A stretch of 64,000 nucleotides of DNA, from NCBI GenBank assembly GCA_038245725.1, contig JBBRSD010000009.1, forward strand, positions 2,918 to 66,917, in the 5' to 3' direction. The first letter of the stretch is position 1. Every line of letters starts with the position of its first letter. The translations under genes were made by a program, and so were the position numbers. Positions 1-7,528 of the stretch are shown piece by piece. The notes under the pieces are model-generated. The model searched no databases, was not told the DNA's origin, and saw only the letters and a program-made list of their open reading frames with translations. Origin of the DNA: Coriobacteriia bacterium (GTDB taxonomy: Bacteria; Actinomycetota; Coriobacteriia; Anaerosomatales; JAAXUF01).

Positions 1-2
1 TG

Positions 3-167
3 GTCTCGGTACTGGGCACGCTCGTCGACTCGGAAGACGAGGACGTCATCCGCCAGGCGATCTCGCAGGTCGTCGACCCTGCCGGGACCTTCTACTGCTT
101 CACGCTGCCGACCTCGATCCTCGGCCGTGCTCGAACCACCGACCCCGCCGAGGAGGTGCGCTCATGA
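3..167 (+). CDS. C-terminal fragment of a [NiFe]-hydrogenase small subunit (MvhG-like); 5' end lies outside the window
   Basis: Frame is open from the window edge and ends ...VVDPAGTFYCFTLPTSILGRARTTDPAEEVRS. Its TGA (165-167) overlaps the ATG of the large subunit (ATGA). It sits directly upstream of the large subunit. The GTFYxFTLP tail resembles MvhG-type small-subunit C-termini (from memory). Confidence 0.5.
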   Translation, partial: VSVLGTLVDSEDEDVIRQAISQVVDPAGTFYCFTLPTSILGRARTTDPAEEVRS

Positions 168-1681
168 CGCGTATCAGCATCGACCCGATCACGCGGCTCG
201 AAGGCCACGGGCGCATCGACCTGTTCCTGGACCACGCCGGCGCCGTCGAGGAAGCGTTCCTCGTCATCCCCGAACTGCGCGGCTTCGAGAAGTTCCTCGA
301 GGGCCGTCCGGTCGAGGAGATGCCGCAGATCACCTCGCGCATCTGCGGCGTGTGCCCCGAGGCGCACCATGCGGCCGCAGCCAAGGCCGCCGACGCCGTC
401 TACAACGTCACGATCCCAGAGGCCGCCGAGGTCGCTCGGCGCCTTCAGTACAACGCCTTCATGGCCGGCGACCACGCGACGCATTTCTACGCGCTCGGCG
501 GACCCGACTTCATCGTCGGTCCCGACGCACCTGCCTCGGAGCGCAACATCATCGGCGTCATCAACAAGGTCGGTCCTGAACTCGCCGGCAAGGTCATCCG
601 CATGCGCAAGGAAGGCCACGAAGTCGCAGAGATTCTCGGCGGCCGCCGCATCCACCCAGTGGGCATGGTGCCGGGCGGCATCTCGAAGCCCGTCTCGGCG
701 GAGTCTGCGGTGCGGCTGCGCGAGATCGGCGCGTACATGGTCGAGTTCGCACAGGAGTCGCTCGCGATCTTCGACGCGATCGTGCTGCAGGACCCGCGTC
801 TTCGCGATCTCGTGCTCTCGCACGCCTACTACAACGAGACCGCGTACCTCGCGCTCGTCAACGACGACAACCAACCCGACGCCTACGACGGCCACGTGCG
901 CGTCGTCGACGCCGATGGCAGCGAGGTCGTGCGCTACCATCCGAGCGACTACCTCGAGCACATCGCCGAGGCGGTCGTGCCGTGGAGCTACCTCAAGCTG
1001 CCGTACCTGAAGTCGTTCGGCTGGCACGGGGTCTCCGACGAGAACTCACGCCACATCATGCGCACCGGCCCGCTCGGCTCGATCAACGCGTCGAGCGGAA
1101 TGCAGACGCCGCGCGCGCAAGCCGAGTACGAGCGGTTCTTCGATACGTTCGGCGGCAAGCCCGTTCACCACACGCTTGCGTTCCACTGGGCGCGCCTCAT
1201 CGAGATGCTGCAGGCCGCAGAGCTTGTCGACCGCCACGCCAACGACGAGCGGCTCACGTCGACCGACGTGCGCTCGGTGCCCACCGGCACGCCGCACGAA
1301 GGGGTGGGCTGCGTCGAGGCGCCACGCGGGCTGCTCACGCACCACTACATCACCGACGACAACGGCATCGTCGAGAAGGCGAACCTCATCGTCGGGACAA
1401 CGTACCAGTACCCCGCGATCCAGCTGTCGGTCGCCACGGCGGCGCGCGAGCTGGTCAAGCCCGGTGCCGAGCTCACCGAGCCGGTCATGAACGGCATCGA
1501 GATGGCATTTCGCGCCTACGACCCGTGCTTCGGCTGCGCGACCCACGCGCTCCCCGGCTCGAGCCCCCTCGAGGTGCGCACCTTCGGCCCGGCGGGCGAA
1601 CTGGTCGGCGGGCTGCGCCGCAACGCCGACGGCTCGCTCGAGCAGATCGACGACGCCTGCGCGAAGGGAGGCACGCGATGA
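164..1681 (+). CDS. [NiFe]-hydrogenase large subunit, group 3 / MvhA-like
   Basis: N-terminal RLEGHGRI and RICGVCPEAHH (RxCGxC Ni-Fe ligands). C-terminal DPCFGCATH (DPCxxCxxH) followed by a 44-aa propeptide. HdrA lies downstream and a maturation protease is in the same operon. Confidence 0.93.
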   Translation: MTRISIDPITRLEGHGRIDLFLDHAGAVEEAFLVIPELRGFEKFLEGRPVEEMPQITSRICGVCPEAHHAAAAKAADAVYNVTIPEAAEVARRLQYNAFMAGDHATHFYALGGPDFIVGPDAPASERNIIGVINKVGPELAGKVIRMRKEGHEVAEILGGRRIHPVGMVPGGISKPVSAESAVRLREIGAYMVEFAQESLAIFDAIVLQDPRLRDLVLSHAYYNETAYLALVNDDNQPDAYDGHVRVVDADGSEVVRYHPSDYLEHIAEAVVPWSYLKLPYLKSFGWHGVSDENSRHIMRTGPLGSINASSGMQTPRAQAEYERFFDTFGGKPVHHTLAFHWARLIEMLQAAELVDRHANDERLTSTDVRSVPTGTPHEGVGCVEAPRGLLTHHYITDDNGIVEKANLIVGTTYQYPAIQLSVATAARELVKPGAELTEPVMNGIEMAFRAYDPCFGCATHALPGSSPLEVRTFGPAGELVGGLRRNADGSLEQIDDACAKGGTR

Positions 1682-3663
1682 GCGGCCAGCACACGCCAAA
1701 GCGGTCGATGGTCTTCCTCTGTGACTGCGGCCCCATCATCCGCGACCTCATGGACCTCGACGCGCTCATGGTCGACGTCGCGCACATGCCCGGCGTCGCG
1801 AGCGTTGAGCGCCACATCACGCTCTGCTCGGCCGAAGGCAAAGCGTTCCTCGCCGAGAAGATGCGCGAGAATCCCGAGCTGCGTCCGGTCGTCGCCGCGT
1901 GCACGCCGCGCGAGCATGCCGCCGACTTCGCCGAAGCGTGCGAGGCAGCCGGCCGTAACCCGTACACGATGAGCCGCGCCAACATCCGCGAACAGGTCGC
2001 GTGGGTCACCCCCGACCGCGACGAAGCGACCGCGAAGGCCGCCGACGTGATCGCTGCGGCGGTCGCCCGCGTGAGCGAGCAGCAGCCCCTCACCGCCCCC
2101 GAGCTCGACGCCGAGACGAGCGTGCTCGTCGTCGGCTCCGGCGTCGCCGGGATGACGGCGGCGCGGCTTCTCGCCGACGCGGGCCGCACCGTCACGCTCG
2201 TCGAGCGCGAGCCGGCCATCGGCGGCAAGGTCGTGCTCCTCTCGGAGATCTATCCCGACATGGAGTGCGCTCCATGCCTGGTCGAACCACTCATGGACGA
2301 TGTCCTCCACCACCCCAACATCGAGGTCATGACGTCGGCCGAGGTCGAAGAGGTTCTCGGTTACCTGGGCAACTTCACCGTGACTGTCCGCCAGCACGCA
2401 CGCCACGTCGACGTCGACGGCTGCTACGGCTGCATCGAGACGTGCTCGGGAGTGTGCCCGGTCGAGGCCCCGAACGAGTACAACGCGGGGATGACGACTC
2501 GCAAGGCGGTGCACATCCCGTATCCCGGCTCGATGCCCAACGCAGCGGCGGTCGATGAGGCGAGCTGCCTGCACTTCACCGGCGGCGAGTGCGTCGCATG
2601 CGTCGGCGCTTGCCCCTTCGGCGTCATCAGCCTCGACGGTGCCGACGAACTCGCCGAGCGCACGGTGGGCGCCGTCATTCTCGCGACAGGCTCGCAGCTC
2701 GCACTCGACGCCGACGGCCCATGGGCGCTTCCCGGCGTGATGACGACGTGGGAGTTCGAGCGCGTCATCAACCCCGACGGCCCCACCGACGGCGAGATCC
2801 GCTTGGCCGACGGCACGGTCCCGAAGCGCATCGCGCTCGTGCACTGCGCCGACGAGTGCGGCTCCGCCCCGGCGGACGCGTGCTCGAAGACGTGCTGCCT
2901 CGCGCTCGCGAAACAGGCGCTCGACACCGCGCACAAGCTCCCGGACGCCGAGATCGTCGAGCTCGCGTTCGACCGGCAGCTCGGCGGCCCGCACTACGCG
3001 CACATGTCGGCGGCCGGCATCACGCCGGCGAATCTGCGCACGGTGCGCCTCGAGGTTGGCGACAGCGTCGCGGTGACCGCCGCTGACGACGGCGCCGTAA
3101 CGGTCACCGCTACCTCGCCCGACCGCGTTCGCGCGGGCGACTTCGATCTCGTCGTGATGGCGCCGCCGCACGTTGGCGACCAGGGAGCCATCGAGATGGC
3201 CAGGCGCATGGGCGTCGACCTTGACGAGTCCGGCTACGTCCTCGTCGCCAACAAGCGCCTGAACGCGAGCTCGAGCCGGATCGAAGGCATCTACGTCGCC
3301 GGCTCGGCACAGGGCGAAAAGGACGTCACGGCCGCGACCTCGCAGGCTGCCGCGGCTGCTGGCGCTGTTCTCTCGGCGCTCATTCCGGGCAGAAAGCTCG
3401 TGCGGGAAGCGACAACCGCCCTCGTTGACGACAAGCTGTGCGGCGGATGCCGCGTGTGCGTCCTCGCGTGCCCTTACAAAGCGATCACCTTCGACGACGA
3501 GCGAGCTATCGCCATCGTCAACGAACTCCTGTGTCACGGCTGCGGCACGTGCGCGTCAGCCTGTCCCTCCTCGGCAATCATGGCCAGGCACTTCACAGAC
3601 GATCAGATCTTGGCCGAGATTCACGCACTGTCATCTAGAGATCATGTCGCAATCATCCGATAG
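1678..3663 (+). CDS. hdrA: Heterodisulfide reductase subunit A-like FAD/FeS protein
   Basis: ATG at 1678 overlaps the hydrogenase stop (ATGA). HdrA N-terminal domain (VFLCDCG...AACTP...NIREQ). FAD fold VLVVGSGVAGMTAARLLADAG...IGGK. DMECAPC, VHCADECG...CSKTCC, and two C-terminal ferredoxin motifs (CGGCRVCVLACP, CHGCGTCASACP). The track ORF starting at 982 is an out-of-context upstream extension. Confidence 0.9.
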   Translation: MSGQHTPKRSMVFLCDCGPIIRDLMDLDALMVDVAHMPGVASVERHITLCSAEGKAFLAEKMRENPELRPVVAACTPREHAADFAEACEAAGRNPYTMSRANIREQVAWVTPDRDEATAKAADVIAAAVARVSEQQPLTAPELDAETSVLVVGSGVAGMTAARLLADAGRTVTLVEREPAIGGKVVLLSEIYPDMECAPCLVEPLMDDVLHHPNIEVMTSAEVEEVLGYLGNFTVTVRQHARHVDVDGCYGCIETCSGVCPVEAPNEYNAGMTTRKAVHIPYPGSMPNAAAVDEASCLHFTGGECVACVGACPFGVISLDGADELAERTVGAVILATGSQLALDADGPWALPGVMTTWEFERVINPDGPTDGEIRLADGTVPKRIALVHCADECGSAPADACSKTCCLALAKQALDTAHKLPDAEIVELAFDRQLGGPHYAHMSAAGITPANLRTVRLEVGDSVAVTAADDGAVTVTATSPDRVRAGDFDLVVMAPPHVGDQGAIEMARRMGVDLDESGYVLVANKRLNASSSRIEGIYVAGSAQGEKDVTAATSQAAAAAGAVLSALIPGRKLVREATTALVDDKLCGGCRVCVLACPYKAITFDDERAIAIVNELLCHGCGTCASACPSSAIMARHFTDDQILAEIHALSSRDHVAIIR

Positions 3664-3688
3664 CCCTACGGAAGGAAGAGGAACCAGA

Positions 3689-3910
3689 ATGACGACCCAC
3701 TCGCTCGATGCAAAGGGCATGCGCTGCCCGCAGCCGATCCTGAAGATTACCGCGATGCTGCCGCAGGTCGCTCCCGGCGATGTGCTCGAAGTCTCCGCCG
3801 ACTGCGCGACGTTCGAGGAGGACGTTCGCAAGTGGTGTGACCGCATGAACAAGACGCTTCTCGCCGTCACCAAGGACGGCGACGTGACCGTCGCTCAAAT
3901 CCAGTTCTAG
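3689..3910 (+). CDS. TusA/SirA-family sulfur-carrier protein
   Basis: 73 aa. LDAKGMRCPQPILKI carries the CPxP active-site motif typical of TusA. GGAAGAGG RBS upstream of ATG 3689. Confidence 0.85.
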   Translation: MTTHSLDAKGMRCPQPILKITAMLPQVAPGDVLEVSADCATFEEDVRKWCDRMNKTLLAVTKDGDVTVAQIQF

Positions 3911-3942
3911 ACCCTTCATAACCCCCCGAACGGAGGAACCCT

Positions 3943-4752
3943 GTGAGTGAGAACTCTGAACAGGGCATGGTGAGTATTACCCGTGCCGAGTACGACGCCC
4001 TGATTTCCGGCCTGGCCAGGATCAGCGACCGCGAGATGACCGAGCGTCTCGACATCAAGTCGTCGAACCCCACCTTCAACGGTCTGCAGGCGGCGATCAA
4101 CGCGCTCGTCGATGATGCCGACAAGGTGCTCGCGGCCGATCGCGATGCGACGATGAACATGGCACTCTCGATGTCGGAGTGCTTCGCCGTGCTCGACAGC
4201 GTGCGACAAGGAAACCTCGAGGCCCGTATCGGCGAAGAGTCGATCAACTCGGCCGACGAGCTCATGCGGCAGTTCGCGGGCACGCTGAACGCCACCATCG
4301 CCGACATCGAGTCGCAGATCGAGACGATCCAACGCCAGCAGAACACGCAGGCCGCGATGGAGAACCTCGTGCGCCAGCTGCAGACGCCCATCCTCCAGCT
4401 GTGGGACGACGTGCTCGCGCTTCCGGTCATCGGCATGGTCGACTCGCGGCGCAGCCAGGACATGATGGAGACGCTGCTGCAAGAGATCGTCGCCCACCGG
4501 TCCAAGTACGTGATCATCGACATCACCGGCGTGGAGATCGTGGACACGCGGACCGCCGACCACTTCGTGAAAGTCATGAAGTCGGCCGAACTTCTCGGCA
4601 CGCGCTGCGTCATGACGGGGATTCGTCCCGCCGTCGCCCAGACCCTCGTCGAGCTGGGTGTCGACCTGTCGAGCATCCGGACTCTGCGCAACCTCGAAGA
4701 GGGCCTTCGCGATTGCCTGCGCGACATGGACGCGCGCAAGGGCGCCCACTAG
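3943..4752 (+). CDS. rsbR: RsbR-like stressosome sensor protein (helical N-terminal domain plus C-terminal STAS)
   Basis: C-terminal STAS region LQLWDDVLALPVIGMVDSRR...YVIIDITGVEIVDTRTADHF...CVMTGIRPAVAQTLVELGVDL closely parallels the B. subtilis RsbR STAS. rsbS and rsbT follow. Confidence 0.8.
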   Translation: MSENSEQGMVSITRAEYDALISGLARISDREMTERLDIKSSNPTFNGLQAAINALVDDADKVLAADRDATMNMALSMSECFAVLDSVRQGNLEARIGEESINSADELMRQFAGTLNATIADIESQIETIQRQQNTQAAMENLVRQLQTPILQLWDDVLALPVIGMVDSRRSQDMMETLLQEIVAHRSKYVIIDITGVEIVDTRTADHFVKVMKSAELLGTRCVMTGIRPAVAQTLVELGVDLSSIRTLRNLEEGLRDCLRDMDARKGAH

Positions 4753-4782
4753 GCTCCTCACTCACACACAGAGAGCTCGCAA

Positions 4783-5208
4783 ATGTCTAACGCCTCACAC
4801 ATCCCGATCATCAAGCTCTACGACACGCTCATCGTGACGATCCAGGTCGAGCTGTCCGACAGCGTCATCATGGCGCTCAAGGACGACATCGGCGAAGCGA
4901 TCCAGAAGCTCGGGCCCAAAGCGCTCATCGTCGACGTCTCGGGAGTCGAGATTATCGACAGCTACATCTCCCGAGCGATTCGCGACATCGGCCTGATCTC
5001 CCGGCTGATGGGCGTGGACGCCGTCATATCCGGCCTCGACCCCAACATCGCGGTGACCCTTATCGAGATGGGCATGGATCTCGAGGGCGTGGAGACCTAC
5101 CTCCACCTCGAGGCGGCTTACGAAGCGATCAACGGCGCCGCGAGTCTCGCACGCATCGACGATCGCAAGCGCGACGAATCCGATGAAACAGCCTGGTGGC
5201 GGAGGTGA
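4783..5208 (+). CDS. rsbS: RsbS-like STAS-domain stressosome scaffold/antagonist
   Basis: IPIIKLYDTLIVTIQVEL...LIVDVSGVEIIDSYISRAI...VISGLDPNIAVTLIEMGMDLEGVETYLHLE is nearly collinear with B. subtilis RsbS, including the phospho-acceptor Ser in the IDS motif. Confidence 0.9.
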   Translation: MSNASHIPIIKLYDTLIVTIQVELSDSVIMALKDDIGEAIQKLGPKALIVDVSGVEIIDSYISRAIRDIGLISRLMGVDAVISGLDPNIAVTLIEMGMDLEGVETYLHLEAAYEAINGAASLARIDDRKRDESDETAWWRR

Positions 5209-5858
5209 CGCCCGCAGCTCATGTCACGGAAGTCCTCAACGACTACGTCGGCATCATCGTCGCGCGCTCGATCGTTACCGGCGCGGCCAGCGCTTGCGGT
5301 CTCGACCAGGAGTCCATCTCCCCCACTCAGGTCCCAGACTATCTGGGCGCGCTCGAGGCGGGGGTCCGGGCGTTCGTAGTGGAGCCCGACCGGCAGCACG
5401 AATGCGCGACGCGTCTTCGGCTGGTTCTCGAGTCGGGCAGCCTGCAGCCGCGAATCACTCCCGCGCTGACGATGATGACCGTCGACGTCAGCTGCGAGAT
5501 AGACATCGTCACCGCGCGCAACCACACGAAGACCATGTGCAACGACCTTGGCTTCAGCGCCTCCGAGCAGGTCAAGGTCGCCACCATCGTCTCCGAGCTG
5601 GCGCGCAACATCGTGCTATACGTGGGACGCGGCCGCATCGAGCTCGAGGCGGTCAACGCGCCGCGTCGTGGCATCGAGATTCGCGCAATCGACAACGGCC
5701 GCGGCATCCCCGACGTCGACAATGTGCTTTCGGGACAGTACCGCTCCAAGACCGGCATGGGCGTCGGCCTGCTGGGCACGAGACGGCTCATGGACGAGTT
5801 CAACGTTGAAACCAGCTCCAGCCTGGGCACGCGTGTCGTCGTTCGGAAGTACCGGTGA
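5196..5858 (+). CDS. rsbT: RsbT-like serine kinase (HATPase_c) with an extra ~95-aa N-terminal domain
   Basis: C-terminal 125 aa: DIVTARNHTK...VSELARNIVLYVGRGRIELE...IRAIDNGRGIPDV...GMGVGLLGTRRLMDEF matches RsbT N/G1/G2 boxes. Overlaps rsbS by 13 nt. The N-terminal extension has coding-like GC3. Confidence 0.85.
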   Translation: MAEVTPAAHVTEVLNDYVGIIVARSIVTGAASACGLDQESISPTQVPDYLGALEAGVRAFVVEPDRQHECATRLRLVLESGSLQPRITPALTMMTVDVSCEIDIVTARNHTKTMCNDLGFSASEQVKVATIVSELARNIVLYVGRGRIELEAVNAPRRGIEIRAIDNGRGIPDVDNVLSGQYRSKTGMGVGLLGTRRLMDEFNVETSSSLGTRVVVRKYR

Positions 5859-6436
5859 TGTCGGTGACCTTCGGCATCGCCCAACGACTGTGTGCCGGCG
5901 AAACCGTGTGCGGTGACGGCTACCTGGTCCGAGAGCTCGAGAACGGCGCCCTCGTCAGTGTCGTCGACGGCCTCGGCCACGGGCCGATCGCGGGCGAAGC
6001 CGCAACGGCATTCACGGACACGTTGCAGCTCGATGTGACCGGGAGCGTGCAAAAGTTGATGGAGGAGGCGAACCGCCGCCTCTCTGGCACGCGCGGAGCT
6101 GCCGCTGCAATCCTTCGCCTCGACGAGGACGCCCGCGCGGTCCACTTCACCGGCGTCGGCAACATCGAGATGCACCATGTCGCCGACGTCAAGATGCAGC
6201 CGGTGTGCGCACCGGGAATCGTAGGGCACCGCGTGCGGAAGTTCCTCACCTTCGACTTCGAGCTGCCCGACGACGTCCTCATCGCGCTGTGCTCCGACGG
6301 CATCTCGAGCCGCCTTCGCCTCTCGGAATACGCACATCTCGAACCGCAGGAGATCGCCGATGCGCTCCTCGAGGACCACGGCAAGTCCCACGACGATGCC
6401 ACGTGCGTTGTCATGCGCTATGCACGCGAAGGGTGA
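5858..6436 (+). CDS. rsbX: RsbX-like PP2C/SpoIIE-family phosphatase
   Basis: GETVCGDGY...VVDGLGHGPIAGEAA...GVGNIE...LCSDGI...HDDATCVV matches the RsbX/PP2C pattern. ATG at 5858 overlaps the rsbT stop (TGATG); a GTG at 5855 is an alternative start. Confidence 0.8.
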   Translation: MSVTFGIAQRLCAGETVCGDGYLVRELENGALVSVVDGLGHGPIAGEAATAFTDTLQLDVTGSVQKLMEEANRRLSGTRGAAAAILRLDEDARAVHFTGVGNIEMHHVADVKMQPVCAPGIVGHRVRKFLTFDFELPDDVLIALCSDGISSRLRLSEYAHLEPQEIADALLEDHGKSHDDATCVVMRYAREG

Positions 6437-6441
6437 GCCAG

Positions 6442-6933
6442 ATGCCGAACAAACGCACATGCCGCAAGACTCTGAAGTGTTTCCTGCACCGGCTCATCGA
6501 CGTGATGGCGTGCACGCAGCAGGCCACCGAACTCATCGCCGCCCATGGCTTTCGCGAGCGCGAGATCTGGGAGATCGGCATCGCCTTCTCGGAACTCGCG
6601 ACGAACGTGACCCGGCACGGTGGTGGCGGGAAGATCACGCTCGAGTTCGTGACCGGGCCCGAGCCCGGACTCCTCATGACCGCCGAGGACAGCGGACCGG
6701 GCATCCCCGACGTGCATGCGGCCTTCGCCGATGACTTCTCGGAGGGGCGGGTGCTCTCGACCAACGTTTCGCCAGCCCACCGGAATGGGCTCGGCAGCGG
6801 GCTCGGCGCGGTCCGGCGGTTCACTGACCACGTGCACATCGTGAGCGCGCCAGGCGCGGGCACGACGGTGCGGGCCTTCAAGCGGCTGCCTGCGGGCAGT
6901 GAGTTCACCTCGGAGCTGGAGTCGGCGGGGTGA
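6442..6933 (+). CDS. Second anti-sigma-factor-type serine kinase (RsbT/RsbW-like HATPase_c)
   Basis: IAFSELATNVTRHGGGGKITLEF...AEDSGPGIPDV...NGLGSGLGAVRRF gives N, G1 and G2 boxes. ATG lies 5 nt after the rsbX stop. The start is somewhat uncertain (an internal VMAC is an alternative). Confidence 0.7.
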   Translation: MPNKRTCRKTLKCFLHRLIDVMACTQQATELIAAHGFREREIWEIGIAFSELATNVTRHGGGGKITLEFVTGPEPGLLMTAEDSGPGIPDVHAAFADDFSEGRVLSTNVSPAHRNGLGSGLGAVRRFTDHVHIVSAPGAGTTVRAFKRLPAGSEFTSELESAG

Positions 6934-7439
6934 CGGCTGCGCCACATGCGGAGTCGAGCGACTCACTGCCGGTTGCGGGCCCCTGGCTGGTTCTCGGCCT
7001 CGGCAACGCGATCCTGTGCGATGACGGCGTCGGCATCAAAGTCGCGCGCCACATCGCCGAGACGGTCTCGGGCCCCGAGGTCGTCGTCAGGGAAGCCGAG
7101 CTCGCCGGCTTCGCGCTCATCGACCTCCTCGAGGGCTTCGAGCGCGCCATCGTGGTCGACGCGGTGAAACTGCGCGACGCCAAGCCCGGCGCCATCGTGG
7201 TCTTCGAGGACTCGCTGCTGAAGCCGTCGCTGCACCTGGTCGCTGGTCACCAGATCGATCTGCCCACGGCACTCGAGATGGGCCGCCGGCTAGGCCGGCC
7301 GGTCCCCGAGACGGTCTACGTCGTCGGCGTGCAGATCGAAGACGACACGACCTTCTCGGAGAGCTGCACGCCCACGGTCGAGGCTGCAATTCCGGCAGCG
7401 GCGGACGCGGTGCTGCGCATCATCGCCGAGGCGCGGTAG
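6930..7439 (+). CDS. Hydrogenase maturation endopeptidase (HycI/HoxM/FrhD family)
   Basis: LVLGLGNAILCDDGVGIKVARHI (GxGNxxxxDDGxG), VVDAV, and GHQIDL. The GTG start overlaps the upstream stop (GTGA). Confidence 0.9.
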   Translation: MTAAPHAESSDSLPVAGPWLVLGLGNAILCDDGVGIKVARHIAETVSGPEVVVREAELAGFALIDLLEGFERAIVVDAVKLRDAKPGAIVVFEDSLLKPSLHLVAGHQIDLPTALEMGRRLGRPVPETVYVVGVQIEDDTTFSESCTPTVEAAIPAAADAVLRIIAEAR

Positions 7440-7528
7440 CGTGCGTCTCACCCGCCGCGGGAGCGACTGGCCAGGGCGTGCGACCGGTTTTCGCCGCGTG
7501 TCATACTTCGCGTGAGGTGAGATTCGAG

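Noticed and set aside
92-1027. 311-aa minus-strand ORF (and other ORFs on both strands) overlapping the hydrogenase large-subunit gene
   Set aside because: It is Arg/Ala/Val/Asp-rich with no motifs. It lies antisense to a frame carrying unmistakable NiFe-ligand motifs. This is a typical high-GC antisense artefact.
982-1677. Upstream 232-codon extension of the hdrA ORF given in the track (982-3663)
   Set aside because: The extension overlaps the hydrogenase gene in another frame and is Arg/Ala/Pro-rich nonsense. The ATG at 1678 overlaps the hydrogenase stop (ATGA) and begins a recognisable HdrA N-terminal domain.
1678-2070. Idea that the HdrA N-terminus is a fused MvhD (FlpD) domain
   Set aside because: It lacks the MvhD-type CSGR and CHxGxCHY-like motifs. 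It instead matches the usual HdrA N-terminal domain pattern (xFxCxCG ... AACxP ... NIRE). MvhD is therefore simply not visible in this window.
1516-3537. 673-aa antisense ORF across hdrA
   Set aside because: No domains, extreme Arg/Ala/Gly/Asp bias, and opposite to a strongly supported gene.
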